Source: Clostridia bacterium (GTDB taxonomy: Bacteria; Bacillota; Clostridia; UMGS1883). Taken from it: a stretch of 64,000 nt of DNA. The notes under the pieces are model-generated. The model was not told the DNA's origin, did not search any database, and worked only from the letters and a program-made list of their open reading frames with translations. Of this stretch, positions 18,789 to 28,458 are shown one piece after another. Numbering within the stretch: position 1 is the stretch's first letter; each line of letters opens with the position of its first letter. The stretch covers positions 2,938-66,937 of the forward strand of contig JAFQQD010000036.1 of NCBI GenBank assembly GCA_017411435.1. The letters run 5' to 3'. The position numbers and the translations under genes were made by a program.

Positions 18789-20078
18789 TCATTTTTTAGG
18801 ATTGACAACGGAGAGAGAACACTGAGACTCTATAAAGAGCTCATTGAGTCTTTCCATTGCATCTTCTGCCGTAATCTCTTCACAAATGCGCGGATAATCA
18901 AAAAGATTTACCCCTTTATGGTATGACATCATATATTCGTTACCGAAACTTTCCACATGGTCAAGAATATCCAGGAACTGACCGCAGTAGACCTTTTTAG
19001 CTCTTTCAAACGCTTCTTTATCAAGGCCTTCTCTCTTTGCCTTTTCAAGTGTGGAAAAAATCTCTTTTTCAAGTTCTTTAATATGTTCGGATTCGCCGCA
19101 GAATGCCGCGTAACCGCAACTTTCCTCGTACTCATAAAAGGCACCGAAAGTGGAATTTATTATTCCCTCGTCATACAGTTTTTTGTAAAACTGACTGCTT
19201 TTACCGAAAAGAACCCTCAAAATTGTATTTGTAAGAATTTCTCTTCTTAAAAGTTCATCGCTCTTTCCGCCCTTTTTTACATCCTTGAAGCCCATCATAT
19301 ACATAGGCATGGGAATATCAAATTCCGCCTCAATATATCTCTTGTGCGCTTCTTTCTTCTCCTCGGGGAAAACCTGGGTGATTTCTCCGTGAGGAGCCGT
19401 GTTCTTTATGCATTTTTCCACATATTCTCCGATTTTATTTTCATCAAGGTCACCCACGCAGATAAGAGCCATATTTGACGGATGATAGAAGGTGTTATAG
19501 CACTTGTATAAAAGTTCGGGCGTGGTTTTCATTATTTCTTCCACAGTTCCCGCTATATTTATCCTTACGGGGTGTTTTTCGTACATTGCCTCGAAGCAGT
19601 TATACATGCAAGTCTGCTCTGCATCATCTTCGTACATTCTGATTTCCTGCGCGATAATCCCTTTTTCTTTTTCTACATTTTCCTCTGTAAAATAGGGGGT
19701 CTGCACAAAGTTTAAGAGAATCTCAAGATTTTCGTAGAAGTAGTCGGTACAACTGAAAAGATAGTTTGTAACACCAAAACTTGTAAAAGCATTGGCGTTT
19801 GCACCGTATTTCGAGAAATCGTTAAAGGCGTTTGTGCCGTCAGGCTGTTCGAAAACCTTGTGTTCAAGAAAATGCGCAATTCCGTCAATAACACTTGTAA
19901 CTTCCTTTTCGCCCGGAACTACAAACTGAGTGTTAATTGAGCCATACTTTGTGCTGAAAGTTGCATAGCTTTTCTTGAAACCTTCTTTTTTTATAAGGAT
20001 TACCCTAAGTCCGCTTTTGTGAGTGGCAGAATAAACTGTCTCTCCGAGTGTTTCGTAATGAGTTTTTATAAATTCCAT
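18789..20078 (-). CDS. M16-family zinc peptidase, catalytic subunit.
   Basis: The HxxEH motif HFLEHKVF is present. The ribosome-binding site is GGAGG. Confidence 0.85.
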   Translation of the reverse strand: MEFIKTHYETLGETVYSATHKSGLRVILIKKEGFKKSYATFSTKYGSINTQFVVPGEKEVTSVIDGIAHFLEHKVFEQPDGTNAFNDFSKYGANANAFTSFGVTNYLFSCTDYFYENLEILLNFVQTPYFTEENVEKEKGIIAQEIRMYEDDAEQTCMYNCFEAMYEKHPVRINIAGTVEEIMKTTPELLYKCYNTFYHPSNMALICVGDLDENKIGEYVEKCIKNTAPHGEITQVFPEEKKEAHKRYIEAEFDIPMPMYMMGFKDVKKGGKSDELLRREILTNTILRVLFGKSSQFYKKLYDEGIINSTFGAFYEYEESCGYAAFCGESEHIKELEKEIFSTLEKAKREGLDKEAFERAKKVYCGQFLDILDHVESFGNEYMMSYHKGVNLFDYPRICEEITAEDAMERLNELFIESQCSLSVVNPKK

Positions 20079-21347
20079 TTATTCTGCCTCCTTATCCATA
20101 TAATAAATCGTGTCAAGCTTCATTGATTTTGCCGCTTCTGTAATTTCTTCGCGCGTTACTTTTTCTATGCGCTGTGTCATTTCCTCGATAGAAATATTTG
20201 TACCAAGCAGAATCTGCATTGTGTAATATTCCGCCATTGCGCCGATACTGTCAAGGTTTGATTCATACGCTGTAACAAGGTATTTCTTTGCAAAATCAAT
20301 TTCTTCATCAGTAAATTCGCCTTTTTCCATCAGGGATTGCTGGTTCATAATTTCTTCCTCAGCAGTTTTGAATTTGTCAAATTCTACGCCGCTGCGTACA
20401 ACCATAATTTCCTTGAGGCGGTCAATACTGCTCCCTACATAGTAGCAAAGAGAGAGTTTTTCGCGCACATTGTTAAAGAGCTTGCTTACGGCACTTCCGC
20501 CAAAAATACAGTTATACACGGTGTATACAGGGTATTTTTCACGACCTGCTCCCTCTTTAGTTCGGAAACCCATACAAAGTTTACCTTGCGTTACATCAAG
20601 TCTGTCAGTTACTTTTTTAATTTCAGAAGGTGCGTCTCTGCGCGTTTCCTTTATATCAATTCCTTCTCTTTTGGGAAGGTTTTCGGCAAATCTTTTTGCT
20701 GTACTAAGAGCCTTATCCTCATCAAAATTTCCGCTGAATATTATGTCAATACGGCTTTCGGCAAGGATTTTCCTGTAGTGGCTGTAAAGCTCTTCCTCTG
20801 TTATTTTTTCGAGGTCTTCAATATATCCCATGGGATTTATTCCGTAGGGCTCGTCCTTACACATTTCTTCCTGGAGTCTCAAAACGCTGTATGCACGCTT
20901 GTCGTTTTTCTGCGCAAGAATTGCGTCTTTTATATTCTTTTTTTCAAGTTCTACAATACTTTCTGAAAATCCCTCACCCGTGCCGCTTAAGAACGCAAGG
21001 TCGTAAAGAAGGTTCATAGCACGGTCGAAATTTCCATCTTTTCCGAGTGCCTTATCGCTGACTGTTTCTATACCTATTTTAAGAATCTGCCTCTCGCCGT
21101 ATTTTGAGGCACGCGCTATCATTTCTCCACCGTAGAGATTTTCAAGCTCCTCTGAGATTTTTTGCGCATCGGGGAAATTTTTGCTCTGCATTCTTATTAC
21201 TGCCGATATAAGAGTATTAAGTGTTACCTCCTCGCGGAGATAAGGTCTGTGAATAAGTACAACGGCTCTGAACGACTTAAATTTTTTATCCTGCACTGTG
21301 TAAAGATTTACACCCTTTTTTATCTCGGTTTTAATCATAGGGTTCAT
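20079..21347 (-). CDS. M16-family peptidase partner without HxxEH, likely non-catalytic.
   Basis: It abuts the catalytic M16 gene. The start was placed at MNPMIKTEI, which has an AGGAAGGA site. Confidence 0.75.
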   Translation of the reverse strand: MNPMIKTEIKKGVNLYTVQDKKFKSFRAVVLIHRPYLREEVTLNTLISAVIRMQSKNFPDAQKISEELENLYGGEMIARASKYGERQILKIGIETVSDKALGKDGNFDRAMNLLYDLAFLSGTGEGFSESIVELEKKNIKDAILAQKNDKRAYSVLRLQEEMCKDEPYGINPMGYIEDLEKITEEELYSHYRKILAESRIDIIFSGNFDEDKALSTAKRFAENLPKREGIDIKETRRDAPSEIKKVTDRLDVTQGKLCMGFRTKEGAGREKYPVYTVYNCIFGGSAVSKLFNNVREKLSLCYYVGSSIDRLKEIMVVRSGVEFDKFKTAEEEIMNQQSLMEKGEFTDEEIDFAKKYLVTAYESNLDSIGAMAEYYTMQILLGTNISIEEMTQRIEKVTREEITEAAKSMKLDTIYYMDKEAE

Positions 21348-21394
21348 TCCTTCCTGTATGTATATACTCGTATGCAATATACGAGTATTTTTCT

Positions 21395-21715
21395 TTATTT
21401 CATTGAACTTCTTGAATTGTTGTTATTATTGGTGCCTGTCATATTACGGGTTGCATTTTCCACCCCGTCTACGGCATCCTTTGTTGCGTCTGCTGCACCG
21501 TCTACTACCTCTTCGGTACCATCTGCTACGCCGTCAACAGCATCCTCTACAACATTGTCTTTGCCGTCATTGTTATCGTTATTTTCGTCAATAACTCCAT
21601 CCTTATCTTCCACAACTCCGTCAGCTGCGTCATTTGTGTTATCAGTTGCGTTGTTTCCGCCACAAGCGGTAAAGAGAATCATACATGCTGCCAACAAACA
21701 AATAAGTTTTTTCAT
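21395..21715 (-). CDS. Small lipoprotein with low-complexity acidic (DGV/DAV) repeats.
   Basis: The signal peptide MKKLICLLAACMILFTAC/GG has a lipobox, followed by repeated D(A/G)VDG. The overlapping plus-strand 204-aa ORF is judged spurious. Confidence 0.6.
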   Translation of the reverse strand: MKKLICLLAACMILFTACGGNNATDNTNDAADGVVEDKDGVIDENNDNNDGKDNVVEDAVDGVADGTEEVVDGAADATKDAVDGVENATRNMTGTNNNNNSRSSMK

Positions 21716-21891
21716 AATACTAAATCCTTTCTGTTTTGTGATATATGAGTATTATTTCTCTTTTTTTTATAAATAATCACAAAATACAGAAACATTTTTC
21801 TTATGAGTTTCATAGATTGGTATTGTAGGGTAACGGTTAATTCCTGAACCTACTTTATATAGATTCATTTTTATGAAAAGGAGCTATTTTT

Positions 21892-22014
21892 ATGTGCTTT
21901 GGAAATAACAATGGTTGTGGCTGCGAATGGATCCTCTGGATTATCGTTATCGTAGTTATCCTTAACTGCATCTGCGGTAATAACGAAAATGGCGGTTGCG
22001 GCTGCGGTTGCTAA
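21892..22014 (+). CDS. 40-aa Cys/Gly-rich transmembrane microprotein, YjcZ-like (tiny TM sporulation family). It is not in the ORF track.
   Basis: AAAGGAG lies 7 nt upstream. The product is MCFGNNNGCGCEWILWIIVIVVILNCICGNNENGGCGCGC. A terminator follows at 22079. Confidence 0.45.
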   Translation: MCFGNNNGCGCEWILWIIVIVVILNCICGNNENGGCGCGC

Positions 22015-22078
22015 TCTAACCGAAAAAGACTGGTCCAAACCCGCCTAAAGCGGTAAAATTTCGGCACCTTTCGGTTAC

Positions 22079-22112
22079 CTGTCCGTGGGGATTTTCCTCA
22101 CGGACAGTTTTT
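22079..22112 (+). terminator. Rho-independent terminator. It is convergent with, and overlaps, the rdgB stop codon.
   Basis: Stem ctgtccgtg, loop, stem cacggacag, then ttttt. Confidence 0.6.
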
Positions 22113-22698
22113 AACTGTACTGCTTTTTTTCAAGTTTTTCGGCAAATATCCCAAGTGCTTTTCCGCGGTGGCTGATTTCGTTTTTCTCTTCAGGCGTGAT
22201 TTCTGCCATGGTTTTCCCAAATTTTTCCACAAAGAATACGGGGTCGTATCCAAACCCGTTTGTACCCTTGGGAGCATAGTCGATTTTGCCTTCACACTCG
22301 CCGCGGGCAGTAATGATTCCTTCTCCTGATACAAGTGTAATTGCACAGACAAATCGTGCACTTCTTTTTTCATCGGGGACATTTTCCATATTTTTAAGAA
22401 GAAGTGTGACGCGTCCTTTATCGTCATAACCCTCACCACCGTAGCGTGCAGAATATACGCCAGGTTCTCCGCCAAGGGCATCTACACATAGTCCGCTGTC
22501 GTCAGCGATTGCAGCAATTCCCGTAAGGTCATAAATTGCTTTTGCCTTAAGATAAGAGTTTTCTTCAAATGTTGTGCCTGTCTCCTCAACATCTAAATCT
22601 ATTCCTGCTTCCTCCTGGCTGATGATTTCAAAGCCTTTGAGGATTTCTCCGAATTCACGAAGTTTATTTTTGTTTTTTGTTGCGGCTATTATTTTCAC
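22111..22698 (-). CDS. rdgB: Non-canonical purine NTP pyrophosphatase (RdgB/Ham1).
   Basis: The protein starts MKIIAATKNKNKLREF and continues ...FGYDPVF. Confidence 0.9.
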   Translation of the reverse strand: MKIIAATKNKNKLREFGEILKGFEIISQEEAGIDLDVEETGTTFEENSYLKAKAIYDLTGIAAIADDSGLCVDALGGEPGVYSARYGGEGYDDKGRVTLLLKNMENVPDEKRSARFVCAITLVSGEGIITARGECEGKIDYAPKGTNGFGYDPVFFVEKFGKTMAEITPEEKNEISHRGKALGIFAEKLEKKQYS

Positions 22699-23132
22699 TT
22701 TTCTTCCTCCAGTATCTCGCTAAGCTTTCTGATAAAGCTTTCGGTCTGTTCTTTTGTGCGTTTTGACGGGCCTTTTAATCTTCCGCCTGCATTTCGTACT
22801 TTTTTGGCAATAAAGCGGCTCATCAAAAGAGAGTCAATGTTTTTATCTGTATATTCCATTCCGTTCTGATTTATTATCCGCGCACCTTTTGAAAGTGACA
22901 TCGCGGCTAAGGCATAGTCCTGAGTTATGGCTAAATCGCCCTTTCCAAGCATATTCACAAGGCGGAAATCGGCACTGTCGGCACCTTTTTCAACGACAAT
23001 TGTCATCGCACCGTCTCGCTCGATAGCGTGCGAAGTATCGCAGATAATGATACATTCTTTATTAAATTCTTTGCAAAGCGCGACTGTTTCGTTAACTACA
23101 GGACAGGCGTCCGCATCTATAAATACTTTCAT
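22695..23132 (-). CDS. yaiI: UPF0178 (YaiI/YqxD-like) protein.
   Basis: The N terminus MKVFIDADACPV is characteristic of the family. Confidence 0.7.
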   Translation of the reverse strand: MKVFIDADACPVVNETVALCKEFNKECIIICDTSHAIERDGAMTIVVEKGADSADFRLVNMLGKGDLAITQDYALAAMSLSKGARIINQNGMEYTDKNIDSLLMSRFIAKKVRNAGGRLKGPSKRTKEQTESFIRKLSEILEEEK

Positions 23133-25027
23133 AGGTCCTCAAGCTCCATATTGAGCGATTCCCATTCTTCAAGCATGGTTTCGTGCTCACTTTCTTTTTC
23201 TTCAAGCATCTTGCTCAGCGCAGTTATTTTTTCAAAATCACTTCCTGCACTGTTAATTTCATCGTGGAGATTTGCAATTTCAGTTTCGGTAGTTTCAATA
23301 GATTCTTCAAGGCGCTTTATTTTACCCTCAAGCTTTCGTCTGTCGCTTTGAAGTTTCTTTTGCTTTTGATAATCGTTAGGCTCTTTTTTCGTCTTCGGGG
23401 CTTCGGCAGTCTCTTTAACCGCAGGGGCGATTTTATTTATATAATCGTCATAATTCATATTGTATGAATTTACACTGCCGTTTTCAAAAGCGAGAATTTT
23501 ATCTGCCATTTTGTTAATAAGATAACGGTCGTGGCTGATGATAAATATAGTACCCTCAAAATCTTCAAGAGCCGTTTCAAGCGCTTCTTTAGAACGGATA
23601 TCAAGATGGTTTGTCGGTTCGTCAAGAAGCAAAAAGTTTGCGCCCGTAAGCATTATCTGAAGTAGTGAAAGGCGCGCTTTTTCACCGCCTGAGAGTGTGT
23701 CTGTCATCTTGAACACATCGTCTCCGCGGAACAAAAATGCGGCAAGGGCATTTCGGATTTGTGTGCGGTCCATACGGGGATAGGCGTCCCAGAGTTCGCT
23801 TTCCACATCTTTTCCGCCCGTTATATCGCTTCGGTCCTGGTCATAGTACGCGCAGTCTACATTTGTGCCGAAGAAAACGCTGTTATCGGGGGTTGGAATA
23901 ACTCCTTTTATCATTTTGTAAAGGGTCGATTTTCCACATCCGTTAGGGCCGAGAAGAAATACTCGCTCCCCTCTTTTTATTTCAAAATTCACATCCGAAA
24001 AAAGTTTTTTACCCTCGTATTCTTTTCCGAGATTTGTAACTTTCAGAACATCGTTCCCGCTTTTTCGCGAGGCAGAAAAACGGAAATGGATTTTAGATGT
24101 ATCTTCCTCGGGTTTTTCAAGCGTTTCCTCGAGGCGGTCAATACTTTTCTGCTTATGCTCTGCGGTACGGATATTGCGTTCGCGGTTCCATCTTTTTTGT
24201 TGTTCGATGATGCCCTCGATACGCTTTATCTCCGCCATTGTATTATCGTATTTCCTTTGCATCGCGAGTTTTACCTGCTGCTTCTTTTCAAGGAAAGTTG
24301 AGTAAGAACCCGTGTAGCACGAAATTTTTCTCTGTTCAAGCTCAATAGTTGTATTCGTTACGCGGTCAAGGAAATATCTGTCATGGCTGATTACGATAAA
24401 CGCCTTGTTGGTATTTCGTAAAAAGTCTTCAAGGTATCTTACCGAGTCAATATCAAGGTGGTTTGTCGGCTCGTCAAGGAGCAGGAAATTCGCTTCGGAA
24501 AGAAGGGTGCGCGCAAGCGAAAGCCGTGTTTTCTGTCCGCCAGAAAGCGACGCCATGGGAAGGTTTATTTCCGTTTCTGAAAAGCCAAGACCAAGAAGCA
24601 TACTGCGTGTACGCGCGCGGTATGTAAGCCCTTCTCCTCGTATATATTCGGTATTTAACGCCTCCTGTCTGTTTATGAGGCGCGCGGTATCGCCCTCTCC
24701 CTTTTCAAGCGCAAGGCGTATTATTTCCATTTCTTTTTCTATTTCAAAAAAGCGAGAAAAAACCTCGAGCGTATAGTCATACGCGGTAAGGCTGTCGCTC
24801 GATGGGGGTGTCTGCTCCATGACACCGATACGAAGGTCGGATGATTTTATGATGTCGCCTGTATGGTCTTCTTCGCCAAGTATTGTGCGAAAAAGCGTTG
24901 TCTTACCGACACCGTTGGAGCCTATAAATCCCATCTTTGTAGTATTTTCAATGTTAAATGAGACATTTTCAAAAAGCACTCTTTCTCCAAAGCTTTTTGA
25001 AACTTCTTTAAGCATTAATAAACTCAT
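23129..25027 (-). CDS. ABC-F family ATPase with two ABC domains and a C-terminal coiled coil, and no transmembrane domain.
   Basis: Two sets of Walker A, signature and Walker B motifs are present: GSNGVGKTT, LSGGQKTR and LLLDEPTNHLD. The tail is rich in K and E. Confidence 0.85.
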   Translation of the reverse strand: MSLLMLKEVSKSFGERVLFENVSFNIENTTKMGFIGSNGVGKTTLFRTILGEEDHTGDIIKSSDLRIGVMEQTPPSSDSLTAYDYTLEVFSRFFEIEKEMEIIRLALEKGEGDTARLINRQEALNTEYIRGEGLTYRARTRSMLLGLGFSETEINLPMASLSGGQKTRLSLARTLLSEANFLLLDEPTNHLDIDSVRYLEDFLRNTNKAFIVISHDRYFLDRVTNTTIELEQRKISCYTGSYSTFLEKKQQVKLAMQRKYDNTMAEIKRIEGIIEQQKRWNRERNIRTAEHKQKSIDRLEETLEKPEEDTSKIHFRFSASRKSGNDVLKVTNLGKEYEGKKLFSDVNFEIKRGERVFLLGPNGCGKSTLYKMIKGVIPTPDNSVFFGTNVDCAYYDQDRSDITGGKDVESELWDAYPRMDRTQIRNALAAFLFRGDDVFKMTDTLSGGEKARLSLLQIMLTGANFLLLDEPTNHLDIRSKEALETALEDFEGTIFIISHDRYLINKMADKILAFENGSVNSYNMNYDDYINKIAPAVKETAEAPKTKKEPNDYQKQKKLQSDRRKLEGKIKRLEESIETTETEIANLHDEINSAGSDFEKITALSKMLEEKESEHETMLEEWESLNMELEDL

Positions 25028-26268
25028 TTGTTATCCTCTGTCCTGAACATTCCCAGTTTTTCTGCCATTTTAATTCGTCTTGTAATTATGTCATTTTCTT
25101 TTGTAGCTTTTTCGGTTTTTGCCGTTTCCTTGCCCGAAGTTTTAAGAATAATCTGTATAAATCTGTGCACCCAACCGATGGGGAGTAGTATAGGGTGTTT
25201 TTCCACATAGGAAAAGCGCTCCTTAATTGCTTTTGGAGACGGAAAAATTATCGATAAGAGACTGCGCTCGCTTCTGAAAAGGCGGTACACAAGGTAACTG
25301 AGCGTGCCCTTGCCAGATCTTCTTTTCGTATAGATGCTGAAAAACTGTGCGCGTTCTTTTTCATTTTTCGCGAAAACTCCGCCGATTTCACAGTCTTCTA
25401 AAAGCTCATCGATGCCACTTCCATCACAAATGGCGTCGTCAAATTCCATACCCCAATATTTTACACCTATTCCCTTTATAACACGGATAAGAGTGTCATA
25501 GCCGAGTTTTTTCATAAGAGAATTGTATCTTTCCCAATCTATTCCTTCTTTATATTCCTGCATATAAAGAAGAAGGTCCATCATCTGTCTTACGCCGGTG
25601 GCATCGTTTACAAGGTGCTTGATAAGATGCGCAGAAAGATAGATAAGGTTATCCTGTATGCCGAGGGTATATATGCCGCTCTCAAGACGGTAAAATTCTT
25701 CGTTATAGCGTATTTCGTCATCTAAAATTATGTCGTTTGTGGGTGCGGAATGAAGTGCAACATGCACCTCCATAAGTCCGCCTGTTTTATGATACGCCTT
25801 CATATGGTGGTCGTATTTCGAACGCTCTTCACAATCGTAGCCGAGGCCCGCGAGGATTTTCACTGCTTTTTCCTCATCGTTTGCATCAATCAATATATCC
25901 ATATCACTTGAAACGCGTGTTTCGGGCATAGCGTAAAGACGCGCGATAGTGATACCTTTGAGCACAGCACATTTTATTCCGTTTTCTTCGAGTTTACGAA
26001 GCGAAGAAAGGTTAAACTCAATTTTCTGAATATTGAGCGCAACATTTGAAAGAAAAGTCTTTTCAAGTCCAGTATAAATTTCGGGCGGAATTTTAACTTC
26101 CCCTCTTTCTATTTTGGGGCGCACTCCACTATACACGACATCCCACACTTCCTGCATAAGGGATAATTCGCGCACTTTACTTAAGTTTTTACAATATTGG
26201 GTTTTAACCTCTTTGCCTAGCGCTGATGCACCAAAGAGGAGAAGCATATTTGTAAAATCCTGTGTCAT
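25024..26268 (-). CDS. Uncharacterised nucleotidyltransferase-fold protein.
   Basis: A pol-beta-like motif reads GITIARL...RVSSDMDILID. Confidence 0.55.
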   Translation of the reverse strand: MTQDFTNMLLLFGASALGKEVKTQYCKNLSKVRELSLMQEVWDVVYSGVRPKIERGEVKIPPEIYTGLEKTFLSNVALNIQKIEFNLSSLRKLEENGIKCAVLKGITIARLYAMPETRVSSDMDILIDANDEEKAVKILAGLGYDCEERSKYDHHMKAYHKTGGLMEVHVALHSAPTNDIILDDEIRYNEEFYRLESGIYTLGIQDNLIYLSAHLIKHLVNDATGVRQMMDLLLYMQEYKEGIDWERYNSLMKKLGYDTLIRVIKGIGVKYWGMEFDDAICDGSGIDELLEDCEIGGVFAKNEKERAQFFSIYTKRRSGKGTLSYLVYRLFRSERSLLSIIFPSPKAIKERFSYVEKHPILLPIGWVHRFIQIILKTSGKETAKTEKATKENDIITRRIKMAEKLGMFRTEDNK

Positions 26269-27275
26269 TAGTTTTCTCCGTAATATTCAAAATACCATTT
26301 TGCAAATTTCTTAAGTCCGTCTTCAATTGAGGTAGACGGCTTGAAATCAAAATCACGCTGAAGGTCTGTTACATCGGCATAGGTCTGATAAACATCGCCC
26401 ATTTGCATGGGAAGATATTCCTTCTGTGCGGTTTTGCCGATTGCCTTTTCAAGAGTTTCGATAAAATACATAAGCTTTTCAGGGTTGTTGTTACCTATAT
26501 TGTAAACCTTTGCAGCGTCGCCGTTTTCATCAGGCGCAGGTGGATTTAAGAGCATATTCATAATTCCCTGCACAATGTCGTCAACATAGGTAAAGTCGCG
26601 GTACATATCACCGTTGTTGAAAATTTTGATTGTTTCGCCCTTCATAATTTTCTTCGTGAAAGAAAAATATGCCATATCAGGTCTGCCGTAAGGGCCGTAA
26701 ACAGTAAAGAAACGAAGTCCCGTAGAGGGGAACTTATAAAGGTGGCTATATGTAAATGCCATAAGTTCGTTTGATTTTTTGGTTGCTGCATAAAGACTTA
26801 TGGGGTGGTCAACATTGTCTGTAGTTGAAAAAGGAGTTTTTTTCTGATTTCCGTAAACGGAAGAACTTGAAGCATAAATAAGATGCTCTGTTTTGTGATG
26901 TCGGCACGCCTCTAAAATGTTATAAAATCCGATAATATTGCTTTCGATATAAGCATCGGGATTATCAATAGAATAGCGCACGCCTGCCTGTGCCGCAAGG
27001 TTTACAATAATGTCGGGGGAATATGTTTCAAAAATATTCCAGACAGCACTTTTATCTGCAAGGTTTCCCTTTATGAATGTAAATTTCTCGTATTTGTTAA
27101 GGATTTCAAGTCGGCTTTCTTTAAGAGATACCTCGTAGTAATCGTTAAGATTGTCAAAGCCGATTACCTCCCCACCTTCTTCAAGAATTCTTTTGGACAG
27201 ATGAAAGCCGATAAAGCCTGCCGCGCCTGTAACGAGTATTTTTTTGCTTCCGTCATATTTTGTAAAGTTCGCCAT
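26268..27275 (-). CDS. NAD-dependent nucleotide-sugar epimerase, UDP-glucuronate 4-epimerase-like.
   Basis: Motifs GAAGFIG and YxxxK are present. The start was moved to MANFTKYDGSKKILVTG, which has an AGGAG site. Confidence 0.7.
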   Translation of the reverse strand: MANFTKYDGSKKILVTGAAGFIGFHLSKRILEEGGEVIGFDNLNDYYEVSLKESRLEILNKYEKFTFIKGNLADKSAVWNIFETYSPDIIVNLAAQAGVRYSIDNPDAYIESNIIGFYNILEACRHHKTEHLIYASSSSVYGNQKKTPFSTTDNVDHPISLYAATKKSNELMAFTYSHLYKFPSTGLRFFTVYGPYGRPDMAYFSFTKKIMKGETIKIFNNGDMYRDFTYVDDIVQGIMNMLLNPPAPDENGDAAKVYNIGNNNPEKLMYFIETLEKAIGKTAQKEYLPMQMGDVYQTYADVTDLQRDFDFKPSTSIEDGLKKFAKWYFEYYGEN

Positions 27276-27298
27276 AACTATGCTCCTGTCTATTTTTA

Positions 27299-28429
27299 TC
27301 AAAGGTCGATGCCGTCTGCCGTATGTGTGAAATGGATGCCGAATTTTCCTTCAAGTTGGGGAAATTCTTTAAGATATTTCTGTGTTACTTCATATTTTAT
27401 CTTTTCTTCAAATTCCGGGTTTACAAGCGCCATTGCACATCCCTTGAATCCTGCGCCACTGAATCTCCCACCGTATATCCCTTGGGTTTCTTTCATTATT
27501 TCGTGAATTTTTATGAGCTGAGGAGAGCCCGTCTCATAATTTTTTATACTGCTGTCTCCGCTTTCAAAGGAAAGCTTGCCAAACTCGGCTATATTGCCGT
27601 TTTTCCATGCTTCCTTACCTTTTATAACTCTTTCCATTTCCGAATAATAGTGCGTTGCCCTCTTTCTCCAGTTTTCGGGAAGTGCGTCTTTATAGTTTTC
27701 AAAAATCTCGCGCGGAACATCGCGGAGACGGGTATCTGAAAACTTGCCGTATTCCATACCTGAAAGTGCCTTGAGCATATATGCTGCGCTTTTAAGCTCA
27801 TCAACACGCATATTGAACTGACTGCCGACAAGACTTCTTTCAAGTCCGCTGAAAAATATTGCTATCTTAAACTGTGGCATATTTTTGCTTGCAGGAATAA
27901 GTTCATATGAGTCATCCTTCATATCGATATATAAAAGATTGTTTTTCTTTGAATATATTTCGCACGACTGGTCAAGTTTTCCGCAGCTTACACCAACAAA
28001 TTCATTTTCTGCCCAGAGTGCTGTCATAACCATTTCGTGCCGGGTAAGTTTTATATTATTAACACGGCAAAGTGCATTCAAGAATGCTATTATTACTGCT
28101 GCAGATGAAGATAATCCGCCTATGGGAAGACTGCCTTTTATATAAGCCTTTATTCCATAGGAAAGGTCGTGATTTCTTTTAAGAGAAGCAGTTGCTCCGC
28201 GCAGATAATCTGCCCAGTCATTTTCCTTTACAAGAGCTTTATTTACCTTGAACTCCACTTTCTTTTCAAAATCGCAGCTTTCAAGAAAGACTTTACCGTC
28301 ATCTGTTTTTTCATATTCAATTTCTATTCCTTTATTAATGGCAAAACCGCTTACAACTCCAAACTGATGGTCAATATGCGCACCTAAAGGACACACGCGG
28401 TAAGGGCAAAATGATATTTCTTTACTCAT
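27299..28429 (-). CDS. GHMP-family sugar 1-kinase, galactokinase-like.
   Basis: PYRVCPLGAHIDHQ is GalK-like. The ATP loop reads PIGGLSSSAAV. Confidence 0.7.
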   Translation of the reverse strand: MSKEISFCPYRVCPLGAHIDHQFGVVSGFAINKGIEIEYEKTDDGKVFLESCDFEKKVEFKVNKALVKENDWADYLRGATASLKRNHDLSYGIKAYIKGSLPIGGLSSSAAVIIAFLNALCRVNNIKLTRHEMVMTALWAENEFVGVSCGKLDQSCEIYSKKNNLLYIDMKDDSYELIPASKNMPQFKIAIFFSGLERSLVGSQFNMRVDELKSAAYMLKALSGMEYGKFSDTRLRDVPREIFENYKDALPENWRKRATHYYSEMERVIKGKEAWKNGNIAEFGKLSFESGDSSIKNYETGSPQLIKIHEIMKETQGIYGGRFSGAGFKGCAMALVNPEFEEKIKYEVTQKYLKEFPQLEGKFGIHFTHTADGIDL

Positions 28430-28458
28430 TTTTTCATTTTCCTTTTTTATTATTTATT

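Noticed and set aside
21162-21776. A 204-aa plus-strand ORF, and the 78-aa ORF at 21358..21594, both overlapping the minus-strand lipoprotein gene.
   Set aside because: They are a low-complexity read-through of the reverse strand of the acidic repeat region. They have no ribosome-binding site, and the minus-strand ORF has a clear lipoprotein signal. They are treated as spurious.
18789-22014. An M16 peptidase pair near a Cys-rich microprotein, which could be a RiPP (AlbE/AlbF-like) cluster.
   Set aside because: There is no radical-SAM or other maturase. The peptide is on the opposite strand and is separated from the pair by a lipoprotein gene. It has a transmembrane core typical of YjcZ, not of a precursor peptide.
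22098-22481. A 127-aa ORF overlapping rdgB in another frame.
   Set aside because: It is nested entirely within the well-supported rdgB gene. It has no start context.
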